From an uncultured virus (IMG/VR IMGVR_UViG_3300024420_000237) (lineage: Duplodnaviria > Heunggongvirae > Uroviricota > Caudoviricetes), in the IMG/VR virus record IMGVR_UViG_3300024420_000237, positions 1 to 64,000 of that record: a stretch of DNA of 64,000 bases, one strand, 5' to 3'. Under the pieces are notes generated by a model, which ran no database searches, was not told where the DNA came from, and saw only the letters and a program-made list of their open reading frames with translations. The position numbers were made by a program, and so were the translations under genes. This document shows, piece after piece, positions 29,451 to 36,960 of this stretch (position 1 is its first letter; every line of letters starts with the position of its first letter).

Positions 29451-30375
29451 GATAGATAACATCTTACTTAATTATCACGAACAACTCCCAGAAGAAAACA
29501 CGTTTATGGATATCATGGCTGATATCACACACAAATGTAATATGTCTTGCAAGAATTGTTACATACCAAATCGTGAAATCCCAGACATGAACTTAGAAAA
29601 GTTTCGTGATTTCTTATCACGTTTAAATGGTCGTTGCATGATACGAATAGTTGGTGCTGAACCTACAATGAACCCACAGTGTGGTGAATTTATTCGTTCA
29701 GTATTTGAATTCGGACATCGTTGCATTTTACTTACAAACGGATTAAGATTATCATCACGCAGATACGTTGATGAATTACATGATACAGGTTTACGACATG
29801 TTTACCTATCACTCAATGGAGTAGATAATGATGATTGGTATGAAAAGATTGATGAACTACGCTGTGCCGAAAAGAAAATAAAAGCCCTGCGTAATATTAA
29901 AGCACGTAAAATGATACTAGACACAGGTACAATCATTGTTCCAGATGTAAATGAAACAGCACCCGGTCAGTTATTAGAACTCTTTGAACGTGAATCAATA
30001 CGTCATGCTTTTATGAGAATTAAAAACGTAGGACAATTAGGTAGATATCAAACAGAAGTCGCAGATAATGTTAAATTAAATCAGTTAGTTAAGTTATGCT
30101 CAGAACAAATGAACATATCAGAAGACTATATCTGGAGTCATCACGATAATCCAATGTACGGAATATATAATGATGAACCCAATACTATATTATTCCCACT
30201 CAAAGAAGGTAATAAATTAGTTAATCGTGGACACTGGGTTAAAATAACAAACTGGGACACAGACAATGACTCAGGAATACCTGACCCAAATTCACGTAGA
30301 CGCGGAAGAATAACAGAAAACTGGACTGTTGCCCCACTATATGAACATATTAAATTAAACGAAGGTGAATACTAA
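29449..30375 (+). CDS. Radical SAM protein (short, lacking auxiliary Cys cluster; subtype D)
   Basis: DITHKCNMSCKNCY, GAEPT, LTNG, YLSLNG; TAATG coupling to the ACP gene. Confidence 0.9.
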   Translation: MIDNILLNYHEQLPEENTFMDIMADITHKCNMSCKNCYIPNREIPDMNLEKFRDFLSRLNGRCMIRIVGAEPTMNPQCGEFIRSVFEFGHRCILLTNGLRLSSRRYVDELHDTGLRHVYLSLNGVDNDDWYEKIDELRCAEKKIKALRNIKARKMILDTGTIIVPDVNETAPGQLLELFERESIRHAFMRIKNVGQLGRYQTEVADNVKLNQLVKLCSEQMNISEDYIWSHHDNPMYGIYNDEPNTILFPLKEGNKLVNRGHWVKITNWDTDNDSGIPDPNSRRRGRITENWTVAPLYEHIKLNEGEY

Positions 30376-30608
30376 TGGATAGCACACAAATACTCAAAGA
30401 CGAAATACTCAAGCGATTAGACATAACAGTTACAGATGAGGATATTAATGCAGGCATTTCTCTTAAAGATAAAGGTATTGATAGCTTAGATTCTATAGAA
30501 CTACTAGTCTCAATAGAAGATATAATGGGATGCGAATTCTCAGATGATGAACTAGACAAGCTAGACAACTTACGAGACTTAGCTGACTACTTGCGGACAT
30601 TCGAGTAA
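30375..30608 (+). CDS. Acyl carrier protein
   Basis: 77 aa, acidic, GIDSLDSIEL phosphopantetheine attachment motif. Confidence 0.9.
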   Translation: MDSTQILKDEILKRLDITVTDEDINAGISLKDKGIDSLDSIELLVSIEDIMGCEFSDDELDKLDNLRDLADYLRTFE

Positions 30609-30714
30609 AACGCAACTCAGAGTTAGATATAAAAGAGAAAACAAGGGCGAAGCCCGGAGCGTAGCGACTTCTTCGGTAAATTTTTTTGAACTAATTAACA
30701 ACTGATTAAATTAA

Positions 30715-30930
30715 ATGAGCGATAAACCTAATCCCGCTGACACCACAAACCTACGCTACAATAACCTAACGATAGAATACAGTAGCCTATGGGGAACTTA
30801 TTCTATTATGAACGGTGCAATGTCCATAATAGATACTCCAGACCGTACTACAGCTTATAAAGTATATCGTGCTAGAAGTGGGCATGATATTACCGAAAGA
30901 GAATTCATAACTTTGGTTAAATACAGATAA
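30715..30930 (+). CDS. Small hypothetical protein
   Basis: 71-aa ATG ORF. Confidence 0.5.
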   Translation: MSDKPNPADTTNLRYNNLTIEYSSLWGTYSIMNGAMSIIDTPDRTTAYKVYRARSGHDITEREFITLVKYR

Positions 30931-30992
30931 CACTAGATAACGATAAAGGTAATAGTAATAAACAGAGCTAAATAACATAACTGAGACAGACT

Positions 30993-31289
30993 ATGAAAAC
31001 AACCTATTCACGGGATTATACTATATACAGACGGTTCAAGATTATTACAGAACATAGCAGTAGTGGGTATAAACATACTGCATACGTGCGTGGTATAGTA
31101 GTTATGATTACTCATTCTCTCCCACTGCTTTATAGATTCTTACACTCACTAGGGCCTAAAGATAGTGATATCACAGTCCGGGACAGGTATATTACATACA
31201 AGTACATTACTAACAGAACGTCACACAGTGATGAACCATCGAAACAATCCAGAAATAGGGAAACTCAAAGTGAAGATACTACCCAGTGA
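30993..31289 (+). CDS. Small hypothetical protein
   Basis: 98-aa ATG ORF with GAG SD-like sequence; loose similarity to upstream ORF. Confidence 0.45.
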   Translation: MKTTYSRDYTIYRRFKIITEHSSSGYKHTAYVRGIVVMITHSLPLLYRFLHSLGPKDSDITVRDRYITYKYITNRTSHSDEPSKQSRNRETQSEDTTQ

Positions 31290-31443
31290 TGATTTAAGTA
31301 ATCAACCAGACTATAACGAGAACTATAAGAAATACTTCCCAGAGATACATGGTGAACACAATGAACCCACGATAAAGGTATCAGTGCTTAAACGGTTATG
31401 GGCATTCTGGTTACGGTTCTCAGAAGATAAGTATCCCCTATAG
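31231..31443 (+). CDS. Small hypothetical protein
   Basis: ATG 31231 is in frame with track ORF 31165..31443; overlaps the upstream ORF. Confidence 0.45.
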   Translation: MNHRNNPEIGKLKVKILPSDDLSNQPDYNENYKKYFPEIHGEHNEPTIKVSVLKRLWAFWLRFSEDKYPL

Positions 31444-31679
31444 TGAATTAAATAATTAATTAATTTAATTAATGGTATATTCATAATTCCTTTTAGGAAC
31501 AACGTCCTCTTCCTAGCGGTAATTATTTTATTTTCCTGCAACATATGGGCTAAATGTACCTTTAGAGCGCCTTAGAGCGTGTTACAGCGTGATTCGCCAC
31601 CATTCTGGATGAATTATATAGCGTATTCCACAACTATGCTCTACAGTTACCCTATACTGTTCCCCTATAGTGAATTAAA
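31434..31679. repeat. 19-bp direct repeat flanking AT-rich tract and 10-bp tandem repeats
   Basis: TCCCCTATAGTGAATTAAA at 31434-31452 and 31661-31679; pure A/T run to 31473; TTAGAGCG/TTAGAGCG/TTACAGCG at 10-bp period in 31561-31590. Confidence 0.85.
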
Positions 31680-31715
31680 ACCGTGCCCTACGTGGGAAAT
31701 AGTTTTGCCATAAAC

Positions 31716-31743
31716 TTGACAATACAGCGAATCGTGTTATAGT
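31716..31743 (+). promoter_or_regulatory. Repeated early-type promoter with GANTC (copy B)
   Basis: TTGACA 31716, GAATC 31729-31733, TATAGT 31738-31743. Confidence 0.85.
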
Positions 31744-31771
31744 ATATACATACTAACAAGAGAGTGAGAAT

Positions 31772-31951
31772 ATGAAAACATTTACATTTGAAAATCATTT
31801 AGGTGACGTATTTACTGCACAAGCAGAGAACGGCCTTGATGTTATGGAAGATGCCAATAAAGCTATATTGTGGAATAATTGGTCTGATGGAGTATGGAGT
31901 CAAGTAAGTGATACTAAGTTCGTTTGGGTGTTGGGTAACTTTTTCGATTAA
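31772..31951 (+). CDS. 59-aa hypothetical protein (not in ORF track)
   Basis: MKTFTFENHLGDVFTAQAENGLDVMEDANKAILWNNWSDGVWSQVSDTKFVWVLGNFFD; directly after promoter B and a GAGAGTGAG SD-like sequence. Confidence 0.75.
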   Translation: MKTFTFENHLGDVFTAQAENGLDVMEDANKAILWNNWSDGVWSQVSDTKFVWVLGNFFD

Positions 31952-31953
31952 AC

Positions 31954-31982
31954 TTGACAAAACCGCGAATCAAGTGTATACT
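31954..31982 (+). promoter_or_regulatory. Repeated early-type promoter with GANTC (copy C)
   Basis: TTGACA 31954, GAATC 31967-31971, TATACT 31977-31982. Confidence 0.85.
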
Positions 31983-32014
31983 ATAAGTATAGAATGAAAG
32001 ATGAGGGAACAAAT

Positions 32015-32362
32015 ATGCAACAACAGTTAGATAATTTAATTCAGAATATCAAAGACGATTATTACCGTTGGACTTCACGTAATGGTACGAAAGAGTTATC
32101 GGAAGTTAATAAATCCATGATTGCTGAATTCAATTCAAAGATTACCCTTAAAGAGGGACAAAAGTATATCAAAGTTATCAGCGGAAGTTCAGTATGGGGC
32201 TTTATCGCTAAAGATGATTTTAATAAAGGAAGTAAGTGTTTCAACAAAGGTGATATCCTTAAAGCCGCTGGATGGCAGGCTCCTGCTCTAAACGCCGCTC
32301 GAGGTAATATCTTCGATGATGATTACACTATACAATGGACAGGTCCTCTTTACTTGAACTAA
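32015..32362 (+). CDS. Conserved-looking phage hypothetical protein (alternative start 31994)
   Basis: KYIKV..SVWGFI..KGDILKAAGWQAPALNAARGNIF..WTGP.YL, a pattern I associate with phage early proteins; GAGGG SD. Confidence 0.8.
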   Translation: MQQQLDNLIQNIKDDYYRWTSRNGTKELSEVNKSMIAEFNSKITLKEGQKYIKVISGSSVWGFIAKDDFNKGSKCFNKGDILKAAGWQAPALNAARGNIFDDDYTIQWTGPLYLN

Positions 32363-32670
32363 TGTCTAATGGGCTACGATGGGAAAGTATACGACTATGA
32401 CGAGTTTTAAGGGTTGCCCTGGTTTTTACGTCATTAAACAAACAAAACCCATAGTTCGGGTAGCTTAAACCTAGGCTGGGATACGTAGGGTATCAGGCAA
32501 TTAAGCAATACTGTAGAGAACGGTGACGGGAGGCCTTTGGCCTCCCTGAACCTGTACTGTTACGGTTATCCGGGAAACCTTGCATACGTATGCAAAACCG
32601 CCCGGTAATGGTTTAACATTAAACCTTTTTAATCATATATATTATATCATATATATGTTTGGCCTCCGGT
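32363..32670 (+). ncRNA. Candidate structured non-coding element
   Basis: About 300 bp without a long ORF, with several perfect hairpins (32528-32546, 32580-32595, 32610-32625); no known family recognised. Confidence 0.4.
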
Positions 32671-32679
32671 ATTAAAAAC

Positions 32680-32707
32680 TTGACAATATAGCGAATCATG
32701 TTATAGT
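32680..32707 (+). promoter_or_regulatory. Repeated early-type promoter with GANTC (copy D)
   Basis: TTGACA 32680, GAATC 32693-32697, TATAGT 32702-32707. Confidence 0.85.
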
Positions 32708-32743
32708 ATATACATAATGAGAAATAAAGTGAGAGAAACAAGT

Positions 32744-32944
32744 ATGACAAATTTAGAATCAGTATTCGCAACCGCAGTTGTTAACCCAGAGAACCTTAAT
32801 TCAGATGGTTCGGTCAACTGGAACTATGTTGATGCTGATTGTTTCATGGACGCTGACGGTAACAGTCTGAGTATGGTAGATTACATGACAAGGTTTGATG
32901 CACTGGTTGCCTCACACATAAACAAACAGAAAGTGAGCAAATAA
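32744..32944 (+). CDS. Small hypothetical protein (alternative start 32717)
   Basis: NPEN...DGSVNWNYVDAD motif; follows promoter D. Confidence 0.75.
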   Translation: MTNLESVFATAVVNPENLNSDGSVNWNYVDADCFMDADGNSLSMVDYMTRFDALVASHINKQKVSK

Positions 32945-33153
32945 TGTCTAAGACAGGAGCATGGGTAATGGAACTGGAAGAACAGTTCTGGGATAAGTGT
33001 GCAGAGTTTATTAAGAGTAATGATACCGTTTCAGAAGCAACTGCTGATGCAGTACAGTATAACAAGGAAAGCCTTTACTTAAGCCTTGATGAAAACGATA
33101 TTGAAGAAACAGTGTCAGAAATGTGGAACGAATATTGGAGTAAGTATCAATGA
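32944..33153 (+). CDS. Small acidic hypothetical protein
   Basis: TAATG coupling; 69 aa. Confidence 0.75.
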   Translation: MSKTGAWVMELEEQFWDKCAEFIKSNDTVSEATADAVQYNKESLYLSLDENDIEETVSEMWNEYWSKYQ

Positions 33154-33317
33154 GTACATTCTATGGTATAACCGGCATCATCTGTATGATATTAGCAGTA
33201 GGATGCATCGATGGTCCAACCGGTTACGAATCAAATAACTGGCTAGGGTTTGGTATATTCACTGTGTCTGGCATTGTATTAATGCTACGTTCAGTGTTGC
33301 TATCACAGGAGGACTAA
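33150..33317 (+). CDS. 55-aa membrane protein (not in ORF track)
   Basis: ATGA overlap; MSTFYGITGIICMILAVGCIDGPTGYESNNWLGFGIFTVSGIVLMLRSVLLSQED has two hydrophobic segments. Confidence 0.7.
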   Translation: MSTFYGITGIICMILAVGCIDGPTGYESNNWLGFGIFTVSGIVLMLRSVLLSQED

Positions 33318-33539
33318 TTGGGTCCATTTGATTTCAATACTCAATGGGAACGTGCTAATAAACTAAAACAGTTTATACATCGTTTACCAGACAACATAGA
33401 CCCGAACTATCGTGCTATGTGGGAACAGAAGCTACAGAACATAGCATGGGACCCTAAGACATACTATGATAGGTATAAGATATTATATACTGTTAACGGG
33501 AAGTATCAAGCAACTGTAATAAAGGATAACAATGCATAA
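33318..33539 (+). CDS. Small hypothetical protein
   Basis: TTG start after strong AGGAGG SD. Confidence 0.7.
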   Translation: MGPFDFNTQWERANKLKQFIHRLPDNIDPNYRAMWEQKLQNIAWDPKTYYDRYKILYTVNGKYQATVIKDNNA

Positions 33540-33876
33540 AGATATAGGTAAGCAGAAGTTCAGGGTTAAGACAGCGTACACTACATGGGTAGAGTATGAT
33601 GTAGTAGCGGACTCTCCAGAGCAGGCAGAAGAAGCCGTACTGGAGTGTGGAGGCATAGAGCGTGTCGTATATAAGGATGGGTTCTATAAGGGAGAGGAAG
33701 TAGAAGTATCAGCACAGGACTGGAACTCAGACTATACTGGTGACTTGTATACTACTCATAAGATAGCAGAGTGCATACCCATAGACTATGAGGATGGGGT
33801 AGACTATGATGATTACGAATGGAGTACAGATGAATGGGAATGGAAAAAAGAACATAACGGCAAAGCACAAGCATAG
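33532..33876 (+). CDS. Acidic hypothetical protein
   Basis: AAGGA SD; overlaps upstream stop; V.ADSPEQAEE motif. Confidence 0.7.
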   Translation: MHKDIGKQKFRVKTAYTTWVEYDVVADSPEQAEEAVLECGGIERVVYKDGFYKGEEVEVSAQDWNSDYTGDLYTTHKIAECIPIDYEDGVDYDDYEWSTDEWEWKKEHNGKAQA

Positions 33877-33993
33877 TAAGAAGTCTAAGAGTAAGACTCC
33901 TACTACTATGGAAACAGCGTGGCTTGATGGTTACCGTGCATGGAAAGAAAAACAAAAAGATTCAGGTAAAAATAAAAAATAAAATAAAAGGCC

Positions 33994-34022
33994 TTGCGAA
34001 TCGGAACTTTTGTATATATAGT
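33994..34022 (+). promoter_or_regulatory. Variant promoter with GANTC overlapping -35
   Basis: TTGCGA 33994-33999 (CGAATCG overlapping), 17 bp, TATAGT 34017-34022; preceded by an A-rich UP-like tract. Confidence 0.5.
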
Positions 34023-34190
34023 AGGAAAGTGTTTGGCCTGGAGGTGGCGTTTGGTCGCAGACCATTTTTTGCCTCTATTTCCATATAGGGTTTCCCTATA
34101 CAGTGTTTACCACTTTTTTATATTGGATCCACATTCCAAAAAAATACGCAGAATATTTTTACCACCGTGTCATGTATAGGGTGCCAAAAC

Positions 34191-34219
34191 TTGACAAACC
34201 GTGTATAATCGTGTATACT
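34191..34219 (+). promoter_or_regulatory. Repeated early-type promoter lacking GANTC (copy E)
   Basis: AAAACTTGACA, 17 bp, TATACT; spacer has TAATCG in place of GAATCG. Confidence 0.8.
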
Positions 34220-34248
34220 ACGTATATCTTAATTAAGGAGTCTCCCCT

Positions 34249-34578
34249 ATGATTGTTACTAATATGTCTAACTATATAAGTTCTGCCTCTAACTCATTTG
34301 CTACTACTATGTATGAGAACTTTTTATCTAAGCATGATTTAGAACCCGATACCGAATTTGTCAACTTCAAGCATGACTATCTAGTATTAGAACCAGGATT
34401 AACTCACTTAGAGTATGCTGATTGTTTAACTGAACATGAGTATCAAGAGAACATTAAGCTATACGAAGAAGATGGATTTATGTGTGTTGCGTTTCATCCA
34501 CATACTCAGTTAGCTATTCTACATGAGAATAATATGATTGCTGATGAGATATATAATAATCCAAAATACTATCAATAA
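34249..34578 (+). CDS. Acidic hypothetical protein
   Basis: TAAGGAG SD after promoter E. Confidence 0.75.
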   Translation: MIVTNMSNYISSASNSFATTMYENFLSKHDLEPDTEFVNFKHDYLVLEPGLTHLEYADCLTEHEYQENIKLYEEDGFMCVAFHPHTQLAILHENNMIADEIYNNPKYYQ

Positions 34579-34582
34579 AAAC

Positions 34583-34610
34583 TTGACAAATAAAGAATCA
34601 GTGATATATT
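34583..34610 (+). promoter_or_regulatory. Repeated early-type promoter with GANTC (copy F)
   Basis: TTGACA 34583, GAATC 34595-34599, TATATT 34605-34610. Confidence 0.8.
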
Positions 34611-34638
34611 ATATCTATAGTCAAAGAAAGGTTTAAAC

Positions 34639-35019
34639 ATGTGGGTATGTAAAGATTTAGAATCAGTAGTATATAAACTAGATGAAAGTATTCCACTAGA
34701 GGGTTCTGTACATTCAGTGAATAAGAATAAGTGTTTAGAGCGACTACGTAAAGCAGGGAATGTAGTACATGACATATTCAATAACGGATTGGGTAATAGG
34801 GGTAGGCAGTTACGTGTGTTAGGCTTACGCCGGGATCAATTACCATTACCTGAATATCGTCACGGGTATTACTATGAAGGTCAGTGGGATCGTATTACAG
34901 AGATAGTAGAACCGATTATGGAACAGATTATCCTTGATGCGGCTGTTGAGCAGAATGTACACATGGAACTAGTACCTAACTCAGCAAGTGGTAAGATAGA
35001 ATTGATGGCGGTATCATAA
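34639..35019 (+). CDS. Hypothetical protein
   Basis: GAAAGG SD; LERLRKAGNVVHDIFNNGLGN motif. Confidence 0.75.
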   Translation: MWVCKDLESVVYKLDESIPLEGSVHSVNKNKCLERLRKAGNVVHDIFNNGLGNRGRQLRVLGLRRDQLPLPEYRHGYYYEGQWDRITEIVEPIMEQIILDAAVEQNVHMELVPNSASGKIELMAVS

Positions 35020-35165
35020 TGTATTCTGATTGGATTATCATTGGGATAGCGTCAATCATTGTCTCAGCCGTTATTATAGGGTCTGAATACTTGCAATACC
35101 GTTGGCACATGTATCGTGAAATGAAACGGGTTAAACGTGAACTTCGGAGGACTAGACAACAATAG
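35019..35165 (+). CDS. 48-aa single-pass membrane peptide (not in ORF track)
   Basis: TAATG coupling; hydrophobic N-terminus WIIIGIASIIVSAVIIG and a basic tail. Confidence 0.6.
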   Translation: MYSDWIIIGIASIIVSAVIIGSEYLQYRWHMYREMKRVKRELRRTRQQ

Positions 35166-35275
35166 ATTATATGAGTAGTTTATCTATATGAGAAAAATTT
35201 TCCGAAAGAGAAAGAGTTTCCGCGACGCCTTTTTCGGAGGACACGCAAATAACAAACTAACAGAGAGGTAGTATT

Positions 35276-35575
35276 ATGAGCAAAGAAAGTTATAACAGAA
35301 CAGAAGAAGATGAATACGGTCCGTCGTATAAACAAGCGAAGATGTTCCTACAGTTTTCTAAGATAGAAGACTCGCAAGGGAACCCTAAACCGCTTACGTC
35401 AGTGCTTACTGATGATAACAAACGTGTACGTGTAACACTAGTACAAGCCAAGAAGATGAAAGCCCTAGAACAAACGATTGTCAAACCATTTGACAAACAG
35501 AAGTTTGCTGATTCAATACAGTATGAAAAGGGTTTACGTGCTTGGTTGAAGTCTCCTATATTGGATATGTTGTAA
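35276..35575 (+). CDS. Hypothetical protein
   Basis: AGAGG SD; 99 aa. Confidence 0.75.
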   Translation: MSKESYNRTEEDEYGPSYKQAKMFLQFSKIEDSQGNPKPLTSVLTDDNKRVRVTLVQAKKMKALEQTIVKPFDKQKFADSIQYEKGLRAWLKSPILDML

Positions 35576-35579
35576 AAAC

Positions 35580-35607
35580 TTGACAAATATCGAATCAGTG
35601 TTATACT
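35580..35607 (+). promoter_or_regulatory. Repeated early-type promoter with GANTC (copy G)
   Basis: TTGACA 35580, GAATC 35592-35596, TATACT 35602-35607. Confidence 0.85.
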
Positions 35608-35640
35608 GTAAGTATAGTTAATAAAAGAGAGGTTAATACT

Positions 35641-35937
35641 ATGATGAGTAAAGAATTAGAAAATGCAATCGTGGCTCTGAGCCGTATACAATCTAGTGGT
35701 GAGTTGTCAGTACTAGCAGACCATTTTCGTAGACACCAAACGTTTCTAGGTAAACAAAAAGCCGCAGGACTTAAGATTGGTGATACTATCGAATGGGAAT
35801 ACGGTGGGGTACTAAAGCAAGGTGTCATTACCAAGAACAATCGTTCAACAGTAGACGTATCTAATGCTGGTAATAACCCAATCTTTCGAGGTAGTACTCG
35901 ATTGCACAAATCAATGATAACACGTAAAGTAGCTTAA
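35641..35937 (+). CDS. Hypothetical protein, SH3/KOW-like C-terminus
   Basis: GAGAGG SD; LKIGDTIEW...GVITK.N..TV.V beta pattern. Confidence 0.75.
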   Translation: MMSKELENAIVALSRIQSSGELSVLADHFRRHQTFLGKQKAAGLKIGDTIEWEYGGVLKQGVITKNNRSTVDVSNAGNNPIFRGSTRLHKSMITRKVA

Positions 35938-35947
35938 GGAGGCACAT

Positions 35948-36145
35948 ATGAAAATAAAAATAGACTTTAGTAAGGTAGATGTAATGAGTGTAGAGGGCAT
36001 CGATTATGCTGATGCTCCTAAATTCTGTGATGCATATATCTCAGAGGCTGAAATCGATGGCGTTGAAGCTACCGAAGAACAGTTAGAAGTAATCAATGAG
36101 AACGGTTCGTTCTTGCACGAAGCCGTGTATGATTGGATTCACTAA
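35948..36145 (+). CDS. Small acidic hypothetical protein
   Basis: AAGGAGG SD; GID..D.PKFCDAYI..A..DG motif. Confidence 0.75.
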   Translation: MKIKIDFSKVDVMSVEGIDYADAPKFCDAYISEAEIDGVEATEEQLEVINENGSFLHEAVYDWIH

Positions 36146-36307
36146 ATGGATTCACTTCAAGTTTTTTGGGATACACTTCAACCCTTAATCATTACCGGGA
36201 TAACTGTTGGTGTTGTACTAGCAGTTATAGTCGGCTCCATTAAATTCGGTTGGCGATATGCGCCCTGGATTGTCGCATTAGGACTATTAATTTTATTCCT
36301 AAAATAA
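36146..36307 (+). CDS. 53-aa membrane protein (not in ORF track)
   Basis: Abuts upstream stop; MDSLQVFWDTLQPLIITGITVGVVLAVIVGSIKFGWRYAPWIVALGLLILFLK. Confidence 0.7.
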   Translation: MDSLQVFWDTLQPLIITGITVGVVLAVIVGSIKFGWRYAPWIVALGLLILFLK

Positions 36308-36319
36308 ATAAGCACTAGA

Positions 36320-36745
36320 ATGAAACACATAATTAGAAATTTATTTGCTGGTCTCCTAGTCCTGGCTGTATGGGCTATGATTATAAGTGGCACTGTCTCA
36401 ATGGCACGTGCAGAAGAATTACCAGACAAAAAGAGCATAACCGAAATTAAACTGTTGTGTGGCTTTGATGAAACAATGGATTATGCAATAGCTGTTTACA
36501 TGTTACCAGTGCAACAACGTGCATCTATACGACCATTGATACGCAAACCAAATGGCGAATGGACAGATTGGATACCAGTACACGTGCAACCAAGTCCAAC
36601 AGAATATAGTTTCTGGGTAGATATACAAAACGGATACATGGTATTCACAGTTAATAGACAAACTTTGGAATATTCAGTAGTACAGTCAATCGATATGACT
36701 GGAAAGAAAATGATCCAAGGTGGTAGATGTACAATAGTACAATGA
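36320..36745 (+). CDS. Exported hypothetical protein
   Basis: Signal-peptide-like N-terminus ending in ARA; ATAAATA 9 bp upstream. Confidence 0.7.
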   Translation: MKHIIRNLFAGLLVLAVWAMIISGTVSMARAEELPDKKSITEIKLLCGFDETMDYAIAVYMLPVQQRASIRPLIRKPNGEWTDWIPVHVQPSPTEYSFWVDIQNGYMVFTVNRQTLEYSVVQSIDMTGKKMIQGGRCTIVQ

Positions 36746-36960
36746 AAATTCTTTACAATAATAAGTTATTAGATGTTGATGAACTAAGTGGTGCAATGAC
36801 CTCTGATGAATTGATACAGTTAATAGAAGTATTTGGGTTTCCTGGGTGGGCTTCACCTGGGTTCTATCGTTGTGTTGAGTTAGGTTTTATTGAAGAAGGA
36901 CTTGACGAATACGATTACATTGACAAGTATATAGAACGAGACCCTAAGACACTTCATTAA
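36742..36960 (+). CDS. Small hypothetical protein
   Basis: ATGA overlap gives an MKILYNN start, in frame with track ORF 36727. Confidence 0.65.
   Translation: MKILYNNKLLDVDELSGAMTSDELIQLIEVFGFPGWASPGFYRCVELGFIEEGLDEYDYIDKYIERDPKTLH

Noticed and set aside
6711..30608. RiPP cluster interpretation of the SPASM/Twitch radical SAMs
   Set aside because: No precursor-like peptide, peptidase or transporter was seen, and the neighbours are sugar and acyl tailoring enzymes. Not excluded if structural proteins are the substrates.
30715..31289. Possible paralogy of two adjacent small ORFs (DITEREFIT vs DITVRDRYIT)
   Set aside because: The similarity is too short to distinguish from chance without an alignment statistic.
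31434..31679. Reverse complement of the 19-bp repeat contains TCACTATAGGG, as in the T7 promoter
   Set aside because: Only the initiation half matches. The specificity region differs, no single-subunit RNAP is in the window, and no gene lies suitably downstream. Kept only as a repeat.
33855..33982. Short basic reading frame containing AWLDGYR, faintly like ribosome modulation factor
   Set aside because: Only 24 codons from the available ATG, no clear SD, and the similarity is too short to support.
33994..34179. 61-aa ORF in the track
   Set aside because: Its TTG start is the -35 box of a predicted promoter, it has no SD, and it runs through hairpins.
35201..35238. Imperfect stem TCCGAAAGAG / CTTTTTCGGA in a 110-bp intergenic gap
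   Set aside because: A single stem with a long loop and no T tail; insufficient to call a terminator or RNA.
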